64,000 bases of DNA from Eledone cirrhosa (Eukaryota): NCBI GenBank assembly GCA_964016885.1, contig OZ024740.1:222766001-222830000 (forward strand). The letters are read 5' to 3'. Shown piece by piece: positions 45,051-58,220 of the stretch. Under the pieces are notes generated by a model. It was not told where the DNA came from, ran no database searches, and saw only the letters and a list, made by a program, of their open reading frames with translations. Numbering within the stretch: position 1 is the first letter of the stretch; each line of letters opens with the position of its first letter. Position numbers and translations under genes: made by a program.

Positions 45051-45369
45051 CGACCTCCCATGGGTACATGCTGAAGCATATAAACAATATGCCCCCCCCC
45101 CCACCGCAAGGTGGTCGTGGAGGTGCCACGGCAAAAAAGCACCCAGCCCACACTGTAAAGTGGACGTGTAGGCGCCACGAAAAAGCACCCAGCACTCACT
45201 GTAAATGAGGTTGGTGTTAGGAAGGGCATCCAGCTGTAGAAATCAAGCCAGATCAGTTCCTGTATGAGCAAGGCATGGTCAGCCGACCAGACACTGCCCA
45301 CAACAGGACAACCCGTCTAACCCATGCTAGCGTGGAAGAACGGACGTAAAACGGTGATGATGATGATGA

Positions 45370-45373
<4 letters not shown>
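45051..45373 (+). mobile_element. RTE-family 3' UTR fragment inserted in (TA)n
   Basis: gttggtgttaggaagggcatccagctgtagaaa ... cccatgctagcgtggaagaacggacgtaaaacgg(tga)n, with long TA tracts on both sides. Confidence 0.9.
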
Positions 45374-45416
<43 letters not shown>

Positions 45417-45922
45417 CTACATTCACATAACAGAAACATTAATTTATGCAACATATGGATATATATGTGACATTTATTCTATAAATGTATGTATAATATA
45501 TATGATAATATTTTACAATTTTATAACATTCGTTTAATCATGCTGGGACAATGTGCAGGGTTGAGACAATTACATTCATCCTATTGATCACAAAACTTAT
45601 ATTATTCTAGTATTTAATTATCAGTTTCTGCTTGTCAGAAAATAGTGAGGCCAAATATAAATGACACTACATCATAGACACATGTAAATAAATGCATTAT
45701 CATCATCGTTTAACGACCATTTTATATACTAGCATGGGTTAGAAGAATTGCCCCATTGTGAGACAAGCTAGCTCACAGGACCAAGTCTTACTCATACATA
45801 ACTATTTCTGGCTTGGTTTGTAAGGCTTAGGCAATGTTTGCAGCAGGATGGTGTTGTGAGTATCTGTATATGATATGAAAATAATTTTGAAGCTTCTTAT
45901 AAATAAATAAATAAATAAATAA

Positions 45923-45966
<44 letters not shown>

Positions 45967-46096
45967 TTATTAAATAAATAAATATATATATATATATATA
46001 TCATCATCATCATCATCATCATCATCTTCGGTTAACGTCCATTTTTCCACGGTAGCATGGGTTATATATTTATTTATTAAATAAATAAATATATAT

Positions 46097-46131
<35 letters not shown>

Positions 46132-46388
46132 TAAGAAGCTTTCAACCATTTATATTTTTATATATTTTTATATCTGTATATCTGCTTGACCCGAAATAGG
46201 CGATCGAATTTTCGCTGTGTGGATGATTATTTTAACCACCATCTCAGTGTGTTTGGCCTTTAACGTAAGTTGTAAGCTCTAATTCATATGAATTATCGAG
46301 CGCTTGCCACACAACTCGGAAGTGATTTTCGTTAATTCCTGAGCTGAAATTTGATTCTCGCTAATTTTTACTTATATATATATATATA

Positions 46389-46992
46389 TATAAGTATGTA
46401 CACGCACATAAATATATGTATACAGACGTACAGTAGTATGTATATATATATATACATATATGTACGTATGGATTCACCGAACGTTTATTATAATACTCGG
46501 TGTGTTTGTAAACAAACATCCCGTATTAAGCCGTAGTGTCCAGCAACCATCGTTGCTCGTTTGTTCAACACTGACAAAGGAACGATTAACCCGGCCGATT
46601 TACCCACTCGATATTCAAATTGGGTTACTCAGCCGTTAATATGCATAAGGTAAGTATATACGTTCAACAATCTGGCAGGAAGGTATACGTTGCTGATGAT
46701 AGCTAATAAGCTTGAAACTAGTAAAGCGTTCCTTTGTCAGTGTTGAACAAACGAGCAACGATGGTTGCTGGACATTACGGCTTAATACGGGATGTTTGTT
46801 TACAAACACACCGAGCATTATAATAAATGTTCAGTGAATCCATACGTACATATATGTATGTGTTCATGTATGTATATATATATATACATACTACTGTACG
46901 TCTGTATGCATATATTTATGTGCATGTACATACTTATATTTAAGTAACAGCCCTACTAAGAGTGGGAAATTGAATTTCGTTTCATTTTTTCA

Positions 46993-46993
<1 letters not shown>
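46389..46993 (+). mobile_element. Second fold-back element with hammerhead in the loop
   Basis: Arms 46389-46584 and 46727-46938; the tail ends TTTTTTCAG followed by (TA)n. Confidence 0.85.
46687..46729 (+). ncRNA. Minimal type I hammerhead ribozyme, slightly degenerate
   Basis: ACGTTG-CTGATGA-TAGCT aata AGCTT-GAAA-CTAG-T-A-AAGCGT. Helix III is ACTAGT, site GUA, with one mismatch closing helix I. Confidence 0.8.
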
Positions 46994-47027
<34 letters not shown>

Positions 47028-49786
47028 TCAACACTTTACAGCTTGTGACCAAATCTGACAAGGGGTATTCATTTAATATGTGATGTATACAAATATTCTT
47101 TGTTTTCCTCCACAATATTTTCTTAATACATGACCAGCAAACATGATAGGGGCAGTTATGGATAACAACAAGCTTTAACACATTAAGTATTATGATTTTT
47201 GGTTAACCACCAATTTTGTTTCAATAAAATGAAATCTATTAAATATCAGTATTTTTACATCACACACACTATTCCATGTACAAGAACTATGTTTAACTCT
47301 AATGATACCAACCTGTCTGAAACTGCTCCGGGTTTTATGATACAAAACTGACTTTAATGTGTTCATATGGAAATAAAAAATGTCTAACAATTTTATGTAA
47401 ATATTTATGGGAATTAATGTTCCAGACATCAGCTCATTAATGAAAAGTTTATTTTACTAAATCCCACTAAATTCTAGATTATGTTCAAAATTAATTTAAA
47501 CTTATTAGAAATATAGTAATAAAAGGAATGCATTTTATTTATTTTAGCTCTTTGCATTCTGCATTCAATTCTTGCTGTAATATGATTATATAGAAGCCTT
47601 AATCTGTTATCTGGCTCTTTGATGCCTTTAGTCAATTCTTTGTTGCAAGCATTTGGATTACATCATTTTTTCAAAGGCACCTTCTCCAATCTCTTTCAAC
47701 ATAACCCTAGGCTCTGAAAAATATCATGAACACTGCTATTCTCTCCTTCACTAACCAGTAAAAATAAAAATAAAAATAAATAAATTAGCAAAATTACTTA
47801 ATCTTATCTAATGTGTATTGATGGATTATCATTCCTCTATAGAGTAGAAAAAAATGAATAATATCAAATTTACATCACTTTCTATCCAAAAAAGGACAGC
47901 TTATCAGCTAAGTCATCTCCCTTGTTCAAAGTATTGTTAATGTTTAATGTAGCCCAGCAAATGTGCTGTCCTGCCATTAAGACAACACTGTTCTATAAGA
48001 AACAATGTAACAGGCTTTCTCCATCTATAATGAGACAGAGAGAGGATGGGGGAAGGAGAAGAAAATAGGAGACATTAATAATTGCCTCTATTAAACTGGA
48101 AATTATGATTGTGATGCAACAATTATTTGTGAAGCTCTAAATGTATTTCTTTGAAGATATAATAATAGCAATGCAATTCTTGCACATTAACAGATTTATG
48201 TAACTTTATATGATTTATATAACTTTACATATTGTATAGACATGGAGCTAGTTGAGAGAAAAAAAGCATCTGATAGTTGGAATTACAGTGTAAATGACAG
48301 GACCTTTAAACTAATTATGGTTATGGTCTATTAAATTGAGTGATTGGGGAATTTAAACAATGATATTATTAACAGAGTTATTAATTTGCATCAACTAATA
48401 TTTACTTAGTGAAGTGACAGCATATTAATAGTAGAGCTACTTCTCACATAGAAAACTAAACTGCATTATTGTATATAAAAGCTTCTCACTCTGTTACCTA
48501 ATACCAAATGATTTTGAGAATACAAAACAGTGTATATTAACCTTTCTAATACTAACCAACCTTGAAACACAAAGCTGCTTAAGTTAAGGTATTCATATTT
48601 AAATTTAAACCTTTCATCATAAATTTATGTAATAACATTTATGTTTCACACATCAAAATTAATTATATAGTTATACAAACCCCTCCAAATTCTTTATTAT
48701 TTTCAAAATATTTTGAAAATCATAGACTGTGTATTTCATCTGATATATGGTAATGAAAGGATTTAGACATGAGGGAAGAATGTGGTTCTGGTCTGGGTTG
48801 AATGGATGAACAGCAGTGAAGAAAATGTTAATAGTGTAAATGTTTCTTTTACATAAAATTATTGATGATGATGATTTATGCATATTTAGTGCATTTGCTA
48901 ACCAATAGTATATATGTATTGCTTCTATTATAACTGTTTCTATAACAGTTGTTCGTATATCAAAAGCAGCAGCTTTAGACCAGCCTGGATGTTGTCTTGA
49001 CATCTCTTTGGTGGTCACCCTCTTTGTCTTGGGCTTTTGAAATCTTTAACTCTTAACACATTTTACCACAAGAAACTCCATCAATGGGACATTCTGGAAA
49101 AGTACAACACAGCATTATGGATACTCTAAAATTGCAAATTTTCACAATGATCTGTCAAATTATAAAGATACTATAGACATTTGACTTAACAGCCCCTGTT
49201 TTGTTTTTAGATATTTTCTTCTAAATCATTATAAGATATTAAGATTTAAATCCTCATAAATCCCTCCACTTGGTGAATTATGTGGCCAAACCATTGGTGA
49301 TTTAGAAATGTAGTTGAGCACAAAAGAACCTCTTAGATTTTTTATTACAATCAAAAGTCTAAGAGGTTCTTTTCAATAATTATTGGTCAGATTTATTTAA
49401 AAAGTTATGAATCATGATTTTGGACACAAATCTATGCTTATGCCATGTTTTAACAAAATTGAAGCAATGATGATGTTTCCAATTAGGTGTTATTTTCTGG
49501 AATCACTTAATAATATTATCATTGATGTCAAGTCCTGTCTTGAGTTCTTTAACTCAGAGTGGCTTCAAGACCATAACTAGCTTCTCAAACACACTCATAT
49601 ACCCATGTAACCAGATATGTACAATGATGAAAATTAGTTTCATGAAGCGCATGCTAAAGTCAATGAAGCTCAAGTTGGGCAGGAATGGGAGTGGTTGTTC
49701 ATTTCAATGGATTGAAATGTAGAGAAACACTATCTCCTCCTTTACAAACGTTTCCTCTATTTCTCTCCCTCTCTCTCTCCCTCCCC

Positions 49787-49842
<56 letters not shown>

Positions 49843-50748
49843 TAAAGTATAGAAATTATTGTGAGCATGAAGCCAACAGTATTTCATAATATATAAGTGA
49901 CTATAACGTCAAAATGGAAAAATAGTTAACGTAAGATGTGGGAAAATAATTCAAACTCAATTAAAAACAAGTCAAGACAGATTAATCCATAGAATTTTGT
50001 GAAATCCAGGGAAAAATCAATAGAGCCTTAACTCAGAATAAAATAAAGCCTAAATACTCATCCTTCAATTTGGAAAAACTACAAATGCTCTGTAAAGTCT
50101 TAAAAAGACTATTTCGTTAAACTTTCAGTGGGGATGGTCAAACATTATAACCCTAAATCCACTGTAGAATATGCCAAAAGGGGAATTTATATATATATAT
50201 ATATATGAGAATGTAAGTTGCTGTTGGTTCACCAAAGTGAGCACATGTGTAGTCTCCAGTATGTACTTTGGGGTTGTACTAAGCAGAGTGTGTGTATGTA
50301 TGGATATATATATACATACACACATGACACCGACTGGGTGTGTAGTGGTCATTTAAACAAACCTTTACATTCATTGAGGCTACCATCCACTGAGAAAGTA
50401 TTCCAAAGCCAAATTTAATAATTACATAAAGTTTGCAAGTATTACCTAACTACTATTATTGATACACTGGAGTAAAGAAACTGATGCATCCTTTTGGGTG
50501 TATTTGATATACTAATATCAATAAATACACATAGCCATATTGATTAATGTATATTGATTAATATTGATTAATGTATGTGTGTTCTCTGAGTAATGCGTTT
50601 GTATTTCTAACAATACAAATCTTATATCACTGAGTGGGTAAGAAACAGCTGAAGCTGATTAGCTTTGAGCTTTGTAAACCTCTCTCTCTCTCTCTGTCTC
50701 ATATATATATATATATGACTGTAGTGTGACCCTTATGCTGACTTTTCT

Positions 50749-50840
<92 letters not shown>

Positions 50841-51027
50841 TTTATTCTCTGAGGAGAGGTGGTAGTACATTAAAAGCCTTCGCCCCCTTACCAGATGGTC
50901 ATTAGTAGACCGAGTTGCCATCACTTGAAGGCAACTGACCAAGGTGAAAGCAGCTAGTTGGTCAGTCGTCCTCTCTGTCTCTGATTTTGGACTCATGGAT
51001 TTTATATATTCCTTTGTTATATTTCAA

Positions 51028-51085
51028 ATACCTGATGATATCATCAGATTCATACGGAACCCGGTCATTGAAATGATCATAGTAT
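51028..51085 (+). ncRNA. Type I hammerhead ribozyme in the 5' repeat
   Basis: ATAC-CTGATGA-helix II-GAAA-TGATCA-T-A-GTAT then AATAAA. Helix III is the palindrome ATGATCAT; helix II is weakened by CCGG>TCAG. Confidence 0.8.
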
Positions 51086-53009
51086 AATAAACTTTTCAAG
51101 GATTTACACCAGTCCAGCCTCCTGTTATTTTATTTATAATAATTAACTCCGTATTAGCACCACCAACTACACAAACGAAGACGGGTGAACTGCACTACGT
51201 TGAGTACACTCCATAATATTACATCAAGATTGACCATACGGAATGACCAATTCTACCCAGTGGTGAACCAACAAACCTAAATAAATAATGCTCCAATAAT
51301 GTTGAGCACTTCCAGATGTAATATTGAACAGCGGCACTGAATTCAGTGTACAGCTATTGCCAGCATGGGATTAACTGATCTACTTACCATTCGGATTTTG
51401 GCTACTCTGTGCTTTATCTACCACCCACCCTATCCAATGCTGCTTCCTTGTCATGAATATTCAGATTTTGACAAAATTCTACGTATTATACTTAAGCATG
51501 TACTGTATTGACTGAATTCTCTACTCTATACCTAAGGATCTTTTTGTGGCTCACTGAATTCGGAGATCTGAACTTTACACTAGGTACCACTTGATACTAT
51601 TCCATCTCTTCCATCCTCTATATCTATATGTACAACCTTCAATTATCTTACTGCAACTTGATCTATTTTGTATTTCCCCTTTGCCTTGAATCCTCCGATA
51701 TGTTCTTATATATTTCCGTCTTACTACATCACTACCCTAGGTATGACAGCGTTTTATTCATGTATTTTACTTTTTTACTTTTTACCTTATTAATGTATTT
51801 TTATTAATGTATTTTTTATATATTTTTTTATTTCTTATCTTTGTATTTTTACCTTTGTATCCTGCTTTTATTTATTTGGGATTTTCTGCTTATTATTCCT
51901 TACTCAGGGCATTATGCACCATTCATAGCTCCCTACCCACCAAAGAACCACACTACTTATAACCTGGAATAACTGGGACATAAAAATAATTATAGTCTAT
52001 TGGCACTTTTCATTGGGTTTTACCACTTTTGACTGATGTGGTGGTTTTCCCGGCTGTGCACTGGGCGCTAGGGGGTTCAGCCTTCCTTGAGTGCTTGGAA
52101 AAATAAATTTTCCCCCACTTTCGGTAAACGTAACTACTCGGAGTGGCTCCATTTGCCCCGGGGCCCACCGCATCGCCTGTTTTAACTGCCACATTATACT
52201 CATACCTATAAACTCTAGGCTTAGGCATAACTGTTAGCTGTATCATGCCTCCCTGTGCTGGCATGTAAATAAACCCTTCATGTGTGAATTAATAGTATTC
52301 GTTTGGTATAGACGATGGCCTGTAGAAGCTGGTTGACTTCCCACTAGCACACTTGGGGCCTATCGCAGCTACGTTCCTAGAGTACTCTGAAAAATTAATT
52401 TCCATTTATTTCGCTAGCCGATACCACTCGAAACTGGCTGACACGTGGTTAGGAGGTGCTGGCTGGGATTTACAATCGAAGGCTTTTATCTTTACTCTAT
52501 ATCCCACCTTGATAACTTATCGAGATTCCCTATAATACACTTAAACTTTTTCATATAAGACTCTCTCTGTAATTTCATTAAATAATTCTCGCAACACAAA
52601 CCTTTAATTTTCTATTAATCTTCTAATAATTTAATTTCATCCTATAATTCTTAACATAAGTTAACGTTCCAATTTTCTGTTCACACATTAGACCATACAG
52701 ACATGCATATATATGCCTTTGTTAAAATATGGGTTCTGTGGAATAACATTTTTCGCGGCGTCTTCTAGCATGACTGTAGTGTGACCCTTACGCTGACTTT
52801 TCTTCTTTCTTTCTTTCTTTCTTTTTATTCTCTGACGAAGAGGTGGTAGTACATTATAAGCCTTCACCCCCTTACCAGATGGTCATTAGTAGACCGAGTT
52901 GCCATCACTTGAAGGCGACTGACCGAGGTGAAAGCAGCTAGTTGGTCAGTCGTCCTCTCTGTCTCTGATTTCGGACCCATGGATTTTATATTCCTTTGTT
53001 ATATTTCAA

Positions 53010-53067
53010 ATACCTGATGATATCACCGGATTCATACGGAACCCGGTCATTGAAATGATCATAGTAT
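53010..53067 (+). ncRNA. Type I hammerhead ribozyme in the 3' repeat
   Basis: Same core; helix II ACCGGaTTC atacg GAAcCCGGT; site AUA at 53063. Confidence 0.85.
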
Positions 53068-53834
53068 AATAAACTTTTCAAGGATTTACACCAATCCAGC
53101 CTCCTGTTATTTTATTTATAATAATAAACTCCGTATTAGCACCACCAACTACACAAACGAAGACGGGTGAACTGCACTACGTTGAGTACTCTCCATAATA
53201 TTACATCAAGATTGACCATACGGAATGACCAATTCTATCCAGTGGTGAACCAATAAACCTAAATATATATATATATATATATGTAATTAAGAGTGGCTTA
53301 TATATAGCCAAATACAGTGTATTAGATAGACATGATCACCTAACCTGGCTAGACTTACAACAGGACAACTTGTTTAGCCCTAGCAGGCCAGAAGTTGAAT
53401 ATTAAACAGGGATTATGATAATGATTATATATGCATAAACATATACATGAACACACGCACATATACATATATAAAGAGAGATAACAGAAAAATAATGTTA
53501 TTAGTGGCCCATTGCTCCAGTCCATTTATCTGGCAAAATGGCTTGTATCAGTAATTCAATGAGGCAGCCATTTCATAAAGTGTGTCATGCAAAATGTCCT
53601 TAGGAATTACAATAACAGTACAGGTTTCTGTGGAATGCTGAAGCACTTGTGTGTTAATACTTCAAGTTAATTCTTCCATTGGTCAGACAACTGGTCTATA
53701 ATTGTGATGTAATAATTTTCACCAGTCAAGTTTGCACTATATGCAAATGAGCTTCTCCAACAGCCAATGTTTCTAAATTTTAATCTATTTTATTTCAGTA
53801 GCTAGTGAGTAAATATTAGTGATGACAGATAAAA

Positions 53835-54483
53835 CCTAGAAGTAACTATCTGGTGTTCTAACCACTAGTGAGATAGCTGTGGCATGAGAACCACGACCTC
53901 TGGTGCTATGCATTACTCTAGAAGACCCGTCCTCCCTTTTGCTTGACCTGAGGGATATATTTACTAGGCAACACCTTCCTCTCCCATACACCTCCTTTGC
54001 TCTAACCACTCCTCCCCTATTGCCTACGTCCTCAAGTTCTCCTAGTTTCTTTCCCCATCGTCCCAAGTTCCCATCATACACTATGAAGTGATCCCACTGG
54101 AGCCATGACAAAAGTGCCCAGCCCACCCTGTATAGTGGTCATGTATGTGTCAAGAAAAAAGCGCCCAGTCCACACTGTAACGTGGTCATGTAGGAGTCAT
54201 GATAAAAAGTACACAGAATACACTGTAAATTGGTTGTGTTGGCGACACAAAATAGTGTCCAGTCCATGCTGCAAAGTGGTTATGTAGGTGTAATGACAAA
54301 AATCACCTAGCACACACTGTAAATGTGGTTGGCCTTAGGAAGGGCATCCAGCTATAGAGACGAAGCCAAAATCAGCCCCAGGTGAGTGAAACACAGTCCT
54401 CCGACCTGATTCTCTCCCAAAAGAACAGCTCATCCAACACATGCTAGCATGGAAAATGGACATTAAAAGATGATGATGATGAT
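53835..54483 (+). mobile_element. RTE-family 3' region with ~5 subrepeats and (GAT)n tail
   Basis: Same subrepeat and terminal motifs as the other copies; left boundary approximate. Confidence 0.8.
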
Positions 54484-54499
54484 CACAACATTTAAAATA

Positions 54500-54861
54500 T
54501 TTATAGTAAGATTCTCCTTTGGAGTAATGTTATTTGATAGATTGCTTAGCTTGGAGATCAGCAATTCACTCCAGGTAGAACTGCCATTTCTCCGAATTGT
54601 GAAATTTCAGCTCCGATACTAGGTGCATGTGACTAGAATGTCTCAGCAAAGAATAGATGGACAGCTTTTACAGGCAAAACCAACTGGCAGGAGACCCAGG
54701 GATAGACCCTGAGTAAGATGATTGGATAACATCCAACTTGTCTCACTTGGGCATGCAAGTGATTAGCCAGATTTGTTGATGGCCGCCATTGATAGACTAT
54801 TTGGAGTGTGTGCTGCTTCTGCAGTAAGTTCCCTACAGAAATCAAGGGACTGATGATGATG
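54500..54861 (+). pseudogene. 3' fragment of a second RTE family (Rex3/Expander-like C-terminus)
   Basis: Translates to GVMLFDRLLSLEISNSLQVELPFLRIVKFQLRY*VHVTRM...PTGRRPRDRP; (GAT)n tail. Confidence 0.75.
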
Positions 54862-54954
54862 AAACACCTCTATGAAAGATATATATATATATATTATAAA
54901 GTGAAATGACAGGAGGCAAAATATGTTGATTTCCTTAATTTTTTATTACTGTAA

Positions 54955-55012
54955 ACACTATGCACATTTCAGTGGCCAGGTTGCATAAAAACCCAGTGAC
55001 CTCATCAGGTGT
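54955..55012 (-). ncRNA. Type I hammerhead ribozyme in a solo pLTR-like fragment
   Basis: Minus strand: ACAC-CTGATGA-GGTcaCTGGGTT tttatgc AACCTGGccACT-GAAA-TGTGCA-T-A-GTGT, then AATAAA; (TA)n about 60 bp downstream. Confidence 0.75.
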
Positions 55013-55525
55013 AAATTGCGTGATAGATGTATACCAACTGTATACATGATAGTAAGCTTTAAGGAAAGAAGCAAAGAAAAGCGAAGAGGAAAAAGTGTGT
55101 GCTATGCTTTAGACCCAGATATGGACATAGTAGTATGTTGCCACACTGCTCGCCCGCCGCTGAGTATATCTATCTATCTATGAAGAGAGAGGTGCTACAC
55201 CCCAGTAAATTCGATGAAAGGTGGGTGAATGTGGCAAAAATGGCCCGAGTGAATGGGCCTTCTCTGTATATAAACCTGTATGTTGAGGAAGATAAACAGA
55301 GGGAAGACAGGAATACCTACAAAACGTGTTTCTGGTGCTGTTCTATCCACAGGGTGTAAAACAACTCTGCAATAACATTCCCTCCTATTGGGGATTTCAA
55401 TTGTTATTTTATTATATATAGTTTATTGTTATTTATTAATGTTAAAGTTATATGATTTTTATATAAAACCCCTGCTGTCACGTCTTGTAATGTCCCATTT
55501 TTGTACGCCCCTGTGGCAAATAAAG

Positions 55526-55609
<84 letters not shown>

Positions 55610-55824
55610 AACAATATCTATGGACTCAAATTTCTTAGTTTCAGTTTATGAGTGAACTATCTGTATATATGAAATGTTTCCAATAGTTTGTTTTGAAATT
55701 ACTCTCTCTATTGGGTTTAGCAAATAAAATACCTTTCATCCATGTGAGAACAGTTTTGGGTTGTAAACATGATAAATGACATCATGAACATACTTTTCTG
55801 TATGTAAATATAAATTATTCTTTA

Positions 55825-55915
<91 letters not shown>

Positions 55916-57024
55916 GCATATACATACATATATGAATACTAATATACACATGTATATACCTATATATTCATATAACTATGGAAATAGAGTGTATATATAT
56001 ATATATATATATACACACTTGTATATATACATGATATATGCATACATTATATATGTAGGCAAATGTATGTGTGTGCATACATTCATACATACACACATCG
56101 ATACAAATACATACACTCCTATACATACACACATACATGCATACACATACATACATATATAGATACATACATATACATACATGTAGTTTTCTCGATTCAG
56201 ATATTGTAATTGCAATGGCTGAAGTTTTGCTGCAAGATAAATAAGTGTTGATTGGCAATGCAGGAAGTATTCCGATTAAAGCAACACCAAAAATGGTAGG
56301 ACGGAAATTTAAAGGAAATGAAAGGTACACATTTCATTGAGTTTTTGCCGTGTATTTGTGAGAAAATAGTTACATCCAGGTAGAGATTTTGAAAGGGAAA
56401 AAACGTAAGATGGAAGCAGGATGTATTAGTCTATGGTGATCTGAAATGGGGAAATTGGAAAAATATGTCACTGACTCAGAAATCGCCCTTGCTTAAACTT
56501 TCTAGCATTTTCTATGCATATGTTAATGAGTTTTCTTTTTCTGTAAGGGGAAGTTTTACTGCTGTAAATCTCTTTCCTTCTAAAAGAAATATTCAATTCC
56601 TTTTATATCATATGCATTTAAAATGGAATTCCTAGAATATTAGATATTCTTCTGCAAAGTGTTTGCAATGACCATTCTCTCTGAAAATTGTGGATTCTAT
56701 GGAGATCTATATGGCAATTTTGTACAGTTATTTGACTCTCATCTTAAGTTACACTATTATTAAAATGTCTCCTTCAACCATATTAGTGTGATTATTCAGA
56801 AATCAGACTAATGCATCTTGTACAACCACTATCTTTTAATAAAAACATCAACAGGCTTCTTAAGGCCATTTTACCTGAGAGAGCAGGCGTTAGCCATTAT
56901 CTTTCAAGATCAGACATCACCAACCTAAAGCATCAGCATATCTACTATCTGAATCATTTCTTTGAATTTTTGGATATTTACTGATATAGATATATCTATT
57001 GATACAATCACTTTAGATTAATAT

Positions 57025-57195
57025 AACTGTTTCTACTTTTGGCACAAGGCTCAGTGCATTACTGGTACTTTATTTTATCTACCCCATCAGGATGAAAGGC
57101 AAAGTTAGCCTCGGCGGGATTTGAACTCTGAATGGCAAGAGCCATAACTCTATGCATCAAAGCATGGCGCCCGACCCTCTACCGATACTGCCAAA
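57025..57195 (-). mobile_element. Meta-type SINE
   Basis: ggatgaaaggcaaagttagcctcggcgggatttgaactc. Confidence 0.85.
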
Positions 57196-57279
57196 CTAAG
57201 AAGAAAGGATAGAAATGAGTCCTTTAAGATGTGTAAAGTTTTGTAACACTAATGAGTTGAGATAAACAAAGAAGAAGAA

Positions 57280-57560
57280 TCAGATGTGTGCAAGAGAGGG
57301 GATTATGCTAGTATGAAAATATAATGCATATGGTGGTGCTGACCTTTGGCTGAAGAAATCTGAAGACTTCAAAGTGGAAGGAGATATGATAAACATAGGC
57401 CGAAGAAGACTTTGAGTACACCTCATGATGATAAAGATTACCCAAAAAAACAAATAAAAAATGACTAAGGAATGATACAATTAGAAAGGTCCTATGTTGG
57501 AGGGGATTTATCTAGCCTATGCAAGTATAAAAAAATAATGGGGTAAAAATGATGATGATA
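57280..57560 (+). pseudogene. Highly decayed RTE C-terminal fragment
   Basis: RCVQER-like start, GRP-K-like stretch, terminal ctatgcaagtat...gatgatgat. Confidence 0.6.
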
Positions 57561-58032
57561 TGTAGCAAGTTGAGGCAGAAGTGAGAGACAAGCTCACTGA
57601 TGGGACTAGATGTATTGGTGACTGCATTACTTATTACATATCAGAGTAGCTAATTCATAACTTCTATAGTTGATGATGATGATATATGGCTTTAGCTCTG
57701 TCTTGACTGAGCAGATTTAAGATCAAAGATATTCCAGTCATTAATAACCTGCTTTTAGTATGCCATTGACAGAGGTGTCTTTTATTTAAGATGCTTGGGT
57801 GTAATGATGTACAGTTGACTGCTATTTTCAATAGGTCAAGTGACTGTTTAAAATATTATAAATCACATGAAGTATGTTATTAATTTTTTGTGGTTTTTGA
57901 AGAAGGGACAGTTACTCTGGCATTCAGAGGCCCCCTCTAAAACTGAAGAGATTAATTCCAATGATGATCCATTTATACTGCTGTAGGTTCCCACTTTTTG
58001 GTAAGTCATGAGTGGGCATAGTGTTTAATAAT

Positions 58033-58220
58033 TATTTCTACTTTTGGCACAAGGCCAGCAATTATCCCAGTGGATTACTGGTACTTTATTTTATCGACCT
58101 TGTATGGATGAAAGGCAAAGTTAACCTCACCAGGATTTGAACTCAGAATGTAAAGGGCCATAATTCCATGCTGCAAAGCATGGTGTCTGATGCTCTACCG
58201 ACACTGCCAATCCATCGCCC
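58033..58220 (-). mobile_element. Meta-type SINE, full length
   Basis: Reverse complement of the same family; probable TSD tagtgttta(a/g)taat. Confidence 0.9.

Larger units (their letters stand above)
50715..53265 (+). mobile_element. 2.55 kb non-coding element with hammerhead-bearing direct terminal repeats (non-autonomous Penelope-like or retrozyme-like)
   Basis: Direct repeats at 50715-51283 and 52770-53265 are highly similar and differ mainly in (TTTC)n length. No ORF over 87 aa. (TA)n on both flanks. Confidence 0.9.

Noticed and set aside
52830-52955. Extra hammerheads at CTGACGA (52832) and CTGACCGA...GAAA (52919)
   Set aside because: The first lacks GAAA after its stem. The second has no helix II and lies within a simple hairpin.
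50715-53265. Canonical LTR retrotransposon or TRIM
   Set aside because: No terminal CA, PBS, PPT or gag/pol was recognised; the hammerheads point to pLTR-type repeats.
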